From Amphiscolops sp. MND2022 (taxonomy: Eukaryota), in contig OZ076411.1 of NCBI GenBank assembly GCA_964187785.1, positions 52,452,001-52,516,000 of the forward strand: 64,000 nt of DNA, read 5' to 3'. Of the stretch, positions 9,660 to 20,051 are shown one piece after another. The notes under the pieces are model-generated. The model was not told the origin of the DNA. It saw only the letters and a program-made list of their open reading frames with translations, and did not search any database. Made by a program: the position numbers and the translations under genes. Each line of letters opens with the position of its first letter. The stretch's first letter is position 1.

Positions 9660-12600
9660 TTAGAACTTAACGGACTTCTTAGGACTTGAAGACTTTGCAC
9701 TCCTACTACTTTCGGGCTGATTGGAAGAAACTTCAGCAGCAATAGTGACCTTACGCTGAATTGGGGCATTGGTATGAATAGCATCTCTAATTCGGTCTCG
9801 GCCAAAGTGATCAATGCCATCCCATGGACTATAGGTGTTGCTAAGGCCAGTTGTCCCAAAGGTCTGTTCCAAACCCAACAAACGCTCAATAGATGCTTCG
9901 GAGGTAAGATTATCAAGTCCACGTGCAACACTCCCGTAGTAAGATTGAATTGGGGCGACTATATCGAACATACTGCAAGTAGGCTCGTCCGTTCGCACTG
10001 ATCCAAACCGGACAGCAGGGAAAGAGAATCTTGGTTCATCCAAGCAAAGGCAACTAAGCTGGAAAATCCGGGTAAGGTATCGTCTTGGCTTTAAGAATTC
10101 CTGCTGAGAGATAAAATAGACGGCATCGTGTATCAACAATTTTGGCTGCTGGACATCTGGGTGAGCACGGCGCAATTCATCAATGAAAGATAAATACTCC
10201 TCCAGATAAACACTCTCCTCATCGGATTGGAAGACACCCCGCAGTCGGAAGCTAGTGAAAAGCTGTTTGAAACAGTAGCTAGCCTGCTCAACAGGATCAA
10301 TCAATAAAATTTCAAGATCGAAGGAGCCCAAACCTCTGACGATGTCCGATGTAAAGCGTGAAAGCGCTTGTGTGGAATTCAGTAGATTGGCAACGTACCC
10401 TCGAGCTAAACGTCCAAATTCTTCCTGAATGGAGGCGGCGACTTGGGTAAGTGATAAACCTTTGTTCTTCTCTTCATTCATTTCCTTCTCAGCCTTCAAT
10501 TTGGACCCAACTTTGAGTTTCGCTTCTAACTTGGAGCGGCTGATAAAATCTTCCACACTCAAAGCCTTTGCATCTGGAAAAGAGAGTTTGAGGAGTGCCT
10601 GAAAGTCGTTCTCGGCTGGAAGACCACTAGACCGTACACAGCGTCGGCCGAGCTTGAACAAATATTGGCAGAGCTCTTTATACACATGAAAGCCGCGGTC
10701 CCTTCTAGACTTCAAATTGAGCGTGAAACTGCTAGTATCTGAAGCAAGACACAGGAACCTTGAGGACTAACGCGTAGCACTTAAGTGAAACCAAAAGGAA
10801 GGCAACTAACAATCCCTTATCAATCGGTAGAATAACTCCAATTTGCTGAGGAACAAGTCGTCATGTACTATTGACCACTCTAAATTCTGCGGCTAAAAGA
10901 ACAAAATCCTATATCACTGTGGACGTAAGGTATGCGTAGCCTGACCAAAGTTTTAACAATTACCTGTCTACGGACTCCTTGGTTTTCTTGAGTTGGGGCG
11001 TGCTTGCTCAGGTACGCAGTGACTTTAGCCCAATTGTCCATAAGCTCATGACAGAGAGAAGGAAGTCCACAAATGTCAAGTTGTCCAGTCCGAATTGCCT
11101 ACAAACAGGAACACAGGAGTGAAGTCTTGATAAGTGCCAAAATATCAACTGTGGAAACACATGACTACCATGCATAAGATTGTATGGCTAGGAAGACAAT
11201 ACGTACTTTCGATAACTCTGGGGACAGGAGGACCCAATCGAGTTCAAGGCATCCCCCTAGCGAAATGACCAAATATCTCAAAACTGAGAAGAAGTCTATT
11301 TTGCCAAAGACGCTGCTACACTTCTTGTGCATTAGTTGAGACAAATTAAGCTCCTCGAATCTGGGGGGACTTTGGACGCTGAAAGTCCCGTAAGGACTCT
11401 GGTCAAGTAGTTCCACAGTCCGTGCACTGCACCCGGTCGCGCAAACTAATTTGGGAGTAGTGGACACAGCTCCCATCAGGTATGAAAGGAGACACATCTC
11501 AGCACTGGTCAGGCCCTGGAGACGACTAGTCCGTTTAAGGAAAACCCTGCAAAGTTCGTCAACTCTCCAGAAGCGGATGAAAATGAGGAGGAAGACTCCA
11601 TCGACAGCGAATTCAACAGAGTACTCTCGTTTGAGGTTCACGTGAGTGGCAATATCAGACACTAGCTCCAGAAACATGTGATGAAATAGCAGCTGAAACC
11701 AAATGGGACAAGACTTTAAAATGCACCAAAATCTCTATATCAAGAGTTGAAACGTCTATACCAAGGTCAAACAACGCAAATAAACTAGAACTTACGCTTA
11801 GTCGTTCTTCTCCCCAATTGAAATCTGTAAACAGAGACTGATGGTTGACGATCACACCCACGTCACCCCAGAATGATTTCAATAGCTCGATGTCACCATT
11901 GAAGGGAAGGAACTTTGCAAGGACTGAGAGCTGCACTCGGGCCCGATTTCCTGACGAGGAAGACATGTAGTCTGCTCCAGCCATATACTCGTCGTAAAAG
12001 GGGAGCTTTTTCCCAATCTCAACTAGAGGAGCATCAATGAATTTCGGCAACTCCATTTCTAGCTGATAGGGCGTCAGTAGCTTTCCATCCTGTCCTCGTA
12101 CGTGATTAATCTTCGTTCGGGTAACTGGATCAACGGTATACAAATACTCGTATCTCCATCTTTGGTCCTTTCGGAGATGTTTTTCCGAGGTGTGGTGGCG
12201 TAGAATTTCTCGGGCCCCTTTCCCGTAGATCGAGATATTTGCTTTGCAAATCTGGCAGTAGAACTTATAGGGGTTCCACTGAGGGTCCATCGGGCCAGAG
12301 ACAAAGGTCCGGGTCCATTCCATACCCTGGAAATACGCTTCCTTCATAATTTTGCATGAACGAGTGATTTTGCGTCGGGCACCACTACTTTGGGGCTTTG
12401 TGGTAATCTTGCCGCGCCTATTGCGGGTACGTTTGCTTTTCTCTCCAAGAGCTTCAGCTTTCAAAGCAGCGAGAGTTTGCGTCTCGGGACTGCCAGCGTC
12501 AAGTACATCCATACTGGACGCAAGGTCATGTGGGCCACAGGAAAAACCACCACTGGTTCCAGGAGGAGCGTCGATCATAGCAACATCTGAACCTTCGTAG

Positions 12601-13895
12601 GAGTAGCCGATGCTGGAAAAGTTATCATCGCTACGGATGGCCCCACTTGTATCACTATGCCGTCCTGACGAAACGCTTCCTGCTCTTCTTGGGTACCGAG
12701 TTCCTGATTTACTAAGGGTATTTTCAAGATCGTCCTCTGGTCCAATCCTAAGCTGACTGGCTTTCTGGATAAGACTCTCGATTACTCCAATGGTGGACCT
12801 GGTGGTCTCATCTGCGACAGCCTTGATTACTGTGCTGATCTGGTCTTCCGTGAAAGCAACAGTTGCGTGACCTTTGGGGAAGTCAAATTTCTCCGAGTTT
12901 GTGAAAAACTCCTTGATTAAGGCACGGCTACTGGGTCCTAGGGAAGCGCTCCTAGAGGAACGGGGTAGACCTACTGGGAGAAGGGCACTGTCGGTATCAT
13001 TAGCCTCAGCAGCATGATTTTCAGTCCTGGCTTTCAATGCTTGAGCAATAGTAGACCCTGCGGGGTTAGTGATGGAATCATGGTCAGTGTCAACCGCAAA
13101 TTCGGAACTGCTCAATATGCCTTGGGTCTGGGCCCCCTCCAGTTCCATTTCATCGGAAGATTGGGCTGTTGGCTTTTCGTTTCCCAAGGGGTTTGTGGAC
13201 CGAGATTCACTCTGGGGGTAACTGCCAAACGCAGTAGTACTGCCTATTCTAGGTCTTTTACTAGCCACCTGCCCACCTTCGTGTTCAGACTCAGTTCCCG
13301 GTGAGTCCAGCTGCTGAGCGGTGGTAAGGTCTTCTGGCTTTGTGGCCTTAGGGTCCGTTCCAATTTGTGTATTTGAGCCAGGATTGATGGTAATTGGTTC
13401 ACTGACACTTTCTTTCTGCGAACTGGAAGAGCCAGCGACTAATGGGCTTTCATTCGGACCCTCTTCTATCCTTGATACCTTCTTCGTAAAATAAGATTGA
13501 ACACTCTCTCCCGAGCTGCTGCTGTCAGTCTTAAGTAGATTAAGCAAGGATGGTGAGTAATCAGGAGAGTGAGGAATGTTTGACGTAAAGGTTTTCAAGG
13601 CAGTAACTGACGAATCAGCCGTTTCGGGGGCCTCTTTCTCAGTCGAACTTTGGGAAGGAGTTCCTTCAATGATCTCAATAGCACTTGGAAGCAATTGGAT
13701 AGAAGAATCCGTTTGTAACACGTTTGCTGCTGTACCTGGACTAACAGTCTCTTCGGCTACATCGGTGGAAGGATTCATTGGGGGCTCTTCATTTTTATTA
13801 TCTTCTACCAAAACTTGGCGTGGTTGGCCGTTTGACCTTTCGCCTAAATAGAAAGGAATAAAATTACGCGGTTCACTTCCTGCAAAATTGTCCAT
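9660..13895 (-). CDS. Predicted five-exon antisense gene (~1,293 aa): disordered N-terminus, BED-like C2H2 finger, catalytically dead hAT-transposase-like body
   Basis: Exons 13895-11796, 11692-11207, 11098-10964, 10892-10811, 10738-9660 total 3,882 nt. Introns of 103, 108, 71 and 72 nt have donors GTAAGT/GTACGT/GTAATT/GTTAGT and pyrimidine-rich acceptors; phases 0,0,0,1 give one open frame. Finger CQIC...RHHTSEKH at 12177-12257. Confidence 0.78.
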
Positions 13896-15355
13896 CTTGC
13901 CGCTAAGTCAAAACTTCCGGAAGTACAGTTCAAAAATTCAACCGAGGTTGAAAAGATTTCACGATGGAGGAAGTAAAACTAGTCAAAGCTAAATCCTGAT
14001 CAAATTTAGTTAGACGAAATTAAAAAGAACCAACCTGACGTTATGTCCATGACGGAATAGCGAAATTCTTTGCGCCAAATGTTACTTGGGGAAGTTAGTT
14101 GAAAAGAAGCTCGGAAATTTCGTTTTCTCTTCCTAAAGAATTATGGGTCTTCCTGATTTTCCTGTCTCAATAATGAGGCCACTGAGACTTCCAGTCGGTT
14201 GGGTTCAACAAAATCGATTGTTATGGCAGTAAACTGTAGAACGAACTCAATGTGTAGGGGGCAGGTAGTTGCTCAAACAGGACAACCAGGTTGGCACGTC
14301 AGCTGAGGCCAGGGATACTGTAGGTCCAACGTAGTTGGGGAGCCGTGCGTGACTCAATTGGAATTGGAACACGGCAATTGAATTAGGGAAATACAACTGT
14401 CGAATTAGCAGATCTGTATTGGAGACTTGGATAACCAATGAACTAATAGGCAATTCAACTATTGTCAGAGAAAAGATGTGCAAAATACTGGATCACAGAC
14501 ACAGAATATATATTATAATATAGAAACATTACTTATCACCCAAAAACATACTAAACTTAAAGACGATGGACTTAGAGTACAAAACGTTGGGAACTGACAC
14601 AGATACATAGACTAATTACTACTATTACTAATACGATTCATTACTACTATTCCGAGACTTAAAATAATACTCAAAACAACCCTCTGGACAAAACCCAAGA
14701 CGGTTAATTACCCTTATAGTATTGGATGTCGTGGCCTAAAAGTCAAGCGTTTCATTTGAAATTACATCATTATTTCTTGCATCACTGATACTACTACATC
14801 ATTGCAATCCTTATCATGTCTTGAACCTGCCAGTAAGAGTCATGAAAGTTTACTTTATTTCGCAATTAGAAAAGACAATGCAACTATATTATTAACATCT
14901 TTCATTTTCTTTGTCACAATTGCTTATTCGTTCATGCGAATTATTAGTTAATACAACGCCATTAGTCTCGTCATTGGATGAGGCTGGCAGGACCATCGGT
15001 CTTTGATCAAGCTATTGTTTACCAGTCCTTAATACTAGTAAACACTCTCACTAGTAATTAACAACTTTCTAGTTGTTAAATAAATATGATGATAGATTCT
15101 CAAGGACCAATTGAAAAGCTATTCAGGTTACTATTACTATTTATGAAAACTTATGACTTCACTTAAAAGGAAGCCGAGGAAAATCTGAGGAAATTCCCGA
15201 TTGTGTCACCCCGCTTAAAAATCCCCGCGAATTTATAAAAGGGGACCTGAAGTCTCCTGGGCTAGAGCAAATCATTTGACTCAAGTTCTCACTACGATCA
15301 AGTAACTCAATTCAAAATTGCTAAAAAACTCATTCTTGAGAGATATCTAGCCGAG

Positions 15356-16189
15356 ATGTCACTACAATTCAATGTAGAAGAATTTATCCGACCGCTGGTA
15401 AGCGAAATTTATAACTCCTCTGATGAAGATATGGAAGTCGACATACTCTCAGGGCACGAAGAACAGCTGCCAGATGATGGGCCCGACAGTGACATCGAAA
15501 TTATAGCGTGCTATAGAGAAGTCCCGGTGTTCCCACCACAGCTAGTAGGAGGACGTGCCATGACAACCGATTTCGATACAGATGAAAGCAACTTAACTCA
15601 ATCTCAATACGGACGACAGGGATCGGTGGCGTCAATTACGGATCCGTCTGATAGTCTGATCGAATGGTTTGTTGGGAACCCACCCCAACAGACGTATAAA
15701 GAGGAAGACCCGCGGCACAAAATGGCTCAATGCAAAGAGTTGGAACCCATACATTATTCTCCATTGTCACCACCATTACATGAGCAAGGGCCTTCGGCCG
15801 CAGAGTATTATGGAGAATACCCGGAAGAACAAGGTCAGGAAAGTGAGTGGATTAGAAACCCCCACATTTCCGGAATGACAATCAGTGCGAGCGGAATTTG
15901 TGGAACCCCTAACCTCATCCAATATGGAGGATGTGCAGTATGTGGTAAATCCTATGCGACCATTCAAGAGGAGATTACTCTTGGATACTTGGAAAAAACA
16001 CACATTCCTGAGGAAAACTACGTTCAAAGGGTTCGAAGGAGAAATGCCTTTCAGGCCGGTATGAGAGCCGGCAGCGTGATTCTAGTCCCAGGGGGAGTGT
16101 CGCAAGCTGCCGCTTGTGACGGGAATTACTATCAAATACCCTCAGTCGACGATTTATCTAACCCACCACCAGGAGTGCTCCCTATCTAA
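15356..16189 (+). CDS. Accessory ORF of unknown function (277 aa), ending inside the 3' LTR
   Basis: ATG-initiated open ORF with an acidic N-terminus and one CxxC (GGCAVCGK). TATAAAA upstream at 15234-15240. The last 92 nt lie in the LTR. No family recognised. Confidence 0.65.
   Translation: MSLQFNVEEFIRPLVSEIYNSSDEDMEVDILSGHEEQLPDDGPDSDIEIIACYREVPVFPPQLVGGRAMTTDFDTDESNLTQSQYGRQGSVASITDPSDSLIEWFVGNPPQQTYKEEDPRHKMAQCKELEPIHYSPLSPPLHEQGPSAAEYYGEYPEEQGQESEWIRNPHISGMTISASGICGTPNLIQYGGCAVCGKSYATIQEEITLGYLEKTHIPEENYVQRVRRRNAFQAGMRAGSVILVPGGVSQAAACDGNYYQIPSVDDLSNPPPGVLPI
16090..16097 (+). promoter_or_regulatory. Polypurine tract
   Basis: AGGGGGAG immediately precedes the TG that starts the 3' LTR. 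Confidence 0.8.
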
Positions 16190-17717
16190 ACAATACGACA
16201 ATCGCGGACCGAAGGTACAGACGGCCTCACCCGAATTAATACAAAACAGGAAAATGCAATTAGAACTTAAAGGACCTTAGGTCGTTACGGCCTCAACAAA
16301 CAATTATGTTGAAATTAGTAGTGATAAACTTCATCTTATGTATTTTACCGTTGCTCAACATTATAGTTAGTTTGTGCTTAATATACCTGTTGTCTGTGAT
16401 TTGAAATAGTAAAACAATTGATGAATTAGAATTATCAATGTAAAATAATGAATTTGAATGCAATGTAAAAGTGCAATTAAGCGCAGCAAAGGAAACGTGT
16501 TCAAATGTTCCGTTGCTGTAGCTAATTGTACACAGTGTCGTTTGTTATATTATCCAATCAGAATGGACCAACTATACATTTAGTGACGCCGCGTGGACGT
16601 AACGTCCAATACGGCGTAATTGTTCATCACGCTTTATATGATTGTTTTAATAACATGAAGTGTTGATACAAGTTAATAAGCATGTAAATAGATTATTTAG
16701 ATGTGTTAAATCCCCATGCATATAGCCATGTCCCGTTAGCCCCATTACATTAAGATACCGCCTTTTCTTTGATGCTATTTTTACAATGGTGATGTAATAG
16801 TGACGTAATGTCCCTGGGCCTGGACTATACCCTACACAGTGCTATTTTTAGAACGATGACCCGCATAATTTTGCGAATCACGCCCACCCAACTATAAATA
16901 GCAAGGACTCTAGGGAAAGAGGACAATTCTTTGATAATCACGATACAATTCAGTTGCTTCACACACACTACGATATTGTGAAATTTCCAATTGTTTCTGT
17001 TGAGTTTATATTGACTGAAGTTCCTTTGTTCATCAATATTTGCAATTGACTTAGAAATCAAGCAATTCTTTTCAATGCCTTCAACAAGGAAGCAAAAGGC
17101 TAAAGAAAGACGCTCTAGACAATTAGACATCATGTCTGACGTAGAAAATGTTGACATAATGTTAGGAAGTTATACCAGAGATGATGATGAGAACAATGCT
17201 AGTGAAAATGAAGTGAATTTGGATTCAGGGTCTAGCAGGCCATTGCAAAGTTCAAATGTAATAGGAGAAGATTTTAGGTCTCTACTGAATACAAATAGCA
17301 GAGAAAATAGTGAAATCACGATCGAGACTACTAGGCTTATCAACGAAGAAATCTCCAATCAGATGTCTCGAAAACTCAATGAGATCAAAACTAGCTTGAA
17401 TTCTCAAATTCAAGAAGCAATTACTAACGCAATAACAAGTACAGTGCTTCCTTCTATTCAAAATACACTAGAAATGCAGGGGAGATCAAATTTCACTATG
17501 GTGGACCGAAAGTCCAACGGGCTACATCCCAGCCCGCGGTCGACTGAATTCACCATTGAGGACCAAAGGTCCAGTGGGCTACAACGGAACGCCGAAGTAG
17601 GATATTCCCAGAAAACAAAGGGAAATCTCCCCAAAACGTGTTTTACACAGGAAAATAGCAGATTGAGGTCTAGAGAGAGTTCAATAGACTCTATTAACAG
17701 CGAACAAAATCGCGACA
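16098..17717 (+). repeat. 3' LTR (1,620 bp)
   Basis: Copy of 1633-3252, followed directly by TSD AACTC. Confidence 0.98.
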
Positions 17718-17983
17718 AACTCCAATCAAAAATTGCTTTCAATAGGCAACGTTTTGAAGTAGAAACTTTCGCAAAGCATTTTTTATTGGAAATTCTCACT
17801 GAAAATGACCTGGTTTGATAATTTTTGTTTCTTACTAATATTTGTGTTACGATACCAATGTTTCTTCTTTCAGACACCTTGTCACATCTTGTTTCGCATT
17901 CGAAACCTCCTCAACTAACATCTTTTATCCATGAAACAAGACGCCCGCTAAGCATTGGCATATTTTCCGCCTTCTTAAGTGAT

Positions 17984-18068
17984 TATTTTAGTTACTTGAC
18001 TATTTTAGTTTCTAGTAACTAAAGCTGTTTTAGTTACTAGTAACTAAAATAGTCAAGTAACTAAAATA
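17984..18068. repeat. Near-perfect 40-bp-arm palindrome
   Basis: Arms 17984-18023 and 18029-18068 are reverse complements with one mismatch. Loop GCTGT. Confidence 0.85.
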
Positions 18069-18493
18069 GTCAATTGGTTGATGTGGAGATCGTGGAGGAA
18101 TCTGAAGGAAATTTGGCAGAATTTGGGGAAAACGCAACACAAATTTTCCTCGCCCTTTGAATGTGGGCGGAAAGTAAAAAAACTTGGGATCTTTTCTATT
18201 AACTCTAGGCTTATTGACAGGAAAGTTGTAGCTGAGTGCCAGTTTATCAAAGTAAAAACGGCCACAACATAGTCAAAGTTTTTTGTGTAATCTATCGTCC
18301 TGATACGTTCAGACTGACACAGGTACGAACAAAACACCAGGCGCTTCTGTTCTTCCTAAAATCACTGATTTCCGAATGTTGTATGCTCTGTAATTTTAAT
18401 ACAAACACTCTAACCACTGATAACACCAGAGTAAATTGTGAAAGGCTTCTCAATTCATATGATTGCAAAAAACAAAGTACTCCACCAACTAAA

Positions 18494-18667
18494 ACCACAC
18501 CAACAACAAAAAGTTGTTTGGATCAAAGCATTGCGGGTAATGAGTTTTAAGCTTAAATGATTGGAAAAACTATTAGTGACCACACCAACAACAAAAAGTT
18601 GTTTGGATCAAAGCATTGCGGGTAATGAGTTTTAAGCTTAAATGATTGGAAAAACTATTAGTGACCA
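18494..18667 (+). repeat. Tandem duplication, 2 x 85 bp
   Basis: ACCACACCAACAACAAAAAGTTG... starts at 18494 and again at 18579. Confidence 0.9.
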
Positions 18668-18714
18668 TGCTCGAAAAAACACACAAAGAATGACTTTCAT
18701 GCTCGAAAAGACTC

Positions 18715-20051
18715 GAAAAAGATTTTCAAATACAACAGCATTGTTTTGTTTTGCCTGTTCTTGACCATTTTAATGTGTTTTAACTACTTTGTGTCTGTTG
18801 GTTAAAATCAATCATCCAAAACACCTATGTTTTGAGAACAAAGCTAATATCAAAAAGATTAGGAAAACCATCTTTGTGTATCTCCCTGAGGAGTCCCAAG
18901 TTTCGAAAATACTAAACAAGACGGAAACGTCTGAAGTCGGCGCCATATCTTAGTCTCAAAAAGCGCAAACTTTCAAAAAGATGTCGGAACGCTTTTATTA
19001 GAAGCTCAGAAAACTGTTTCTAGACACACAAAGAATGACTTTCATGCTCGAAAAGACTCGGAAACCGCTTTCCTCAAACTGAGAACATTTTTTTAAAAAT
19101 TAGTCGGGTTGTTGCATCAATTCTTTTTTTCTCGTGGATCACACGAAAAAGAAATAAAAAAGAAGAAAGACAAAAACATGAAGCACTCGAAAGGAGATAA
19201 TGCATTGAACTTTCATTTCCTACTCGAAGAAAAGCTCAAAACCATTCCAGCAACAATAAGCAATGGAATGCGAGTTCAGATGCTGTGCGAAAAAAATGAG
19301 AATGGATCGATAAATTTGCACCGGAAAAAAGTTTTCATTTAAATGGAAGCAACTCTTGGATTACCAAGGAAATTGAAAACGCAAATTAGTCCAACGGGAT
19401 TGCCTCTTCCGGAAAAAGGCTTGATAATCCAGACTCCGAAAACGATACCGAGTACATAACTTACCGGAATATAGTAACCCACAAGTACAAGTTTTCGAAA
19501 AAAGGGTTGAAAATCCAGACTCCGCAAACGACATCGAGTTCAAAACTTAACGGAATGTAGTAACCCAAAAAAGACGATTTGCGAAGCAGGAAGTTCTTTC
19601 TAAAAAACAAGGCCATAATCCAAATCTCGAGAACATATTTTCCGGAGGTTGAAAGAAAAAGATTTTCAAATACAACAGCATTGTTTTGTTTTGCCTGTTC
19701 TTGACCATTTTAATGTGTTTTAACTACTTTGTGTCTGTTGGTTAAAATCAATCATCCAAAACACCTATGTTTTGAGAACAAAGCTAATATCAAAAAGATT
19801 AGGAAAACCATCTTTGTGTATCTCCCTGAGGAGTCCCAAGTTTCGAAAATACTAAACAAGACGGAAACGTCTGAAGTCGGCGCCATATCTTAGTCTCAAA
19901 AAGCGCAAACTTTCAAAAAGATGTCGGAACGCTTTTATTAGAAGCTCAGAAAACTGTTTCTAGACACACAAAGAATGACTTTCATGCTCGAAAAGACTCG
20001 GAAACCGCTTTCCCCAAACTGAGAACATTTTTTTAAAAAATTAGTCGGGTT
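18715..20051 (+). repeat. Two near-identical ~395-bp copies (18715-19110, 19655-20051) containing the end of an interspersed repeat family
   Basis: Direct repeat at offset ~940. Contains AAACAAGACGG(A/G)AACG...AGTCGGCGCCATATCTTAG, also seen at ~32462 (+) and ~36630 (-). Confidence 0.85.

Larger units (their letters stand above)
1633..17717 (+). mobile_element. Full-length, recently inserted Ty3/Gypsy LTR retrotransposon (16,085 bp) with accessory genes
   Basis: Two 1,620-bp LTRs with TGTCGC...GCGACA termini. 5-bp TSD AACTC at 1628-1632 and 17718-17722. PBS after the 5' LTR and PPT before the 3' LTR. Uninterrupted gag and pol in PR-RT-RH-IN order. Confidence 0.98.

Noticed and set aside
9660-13895. 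Nested autonomous hAT transposon inserted into the Gypsy
   Set aside because: I saw no TIRs or 8-bp TSD around the gene, and the catalytic Asp positions look substituted. It fits an integral cargo gene better, pending comparison of copies.
2360-14483. Short opposite-strand or alternate-frame ORFs over gag, pol and the antisense gene (e.g. 2360-2692, 2993-3352, 9774-10001, 13014-13304)
   Set aside because: Shadow ORFs of the long coding frames with no recognisable motifs.
1808-15002. GACC-N3-GGTC as an estrogen response element
   Set aside because: The canonical ERE is GGTCA-N3-TGACC, with half-sites in the opposite arrangement.
15356-16189. env gene
   Set aside because: Right position, but no signal peptide, transmembrane segment or fusion-protein-like pattern, and it is short. 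Kept as an unknown accessory ORF.
17075-17818. Independent 247-aa gene
   Set aside because: It is the 3' LTR copy of the gag N-terminus (214 codons) running 33 codons into flanking DNA.
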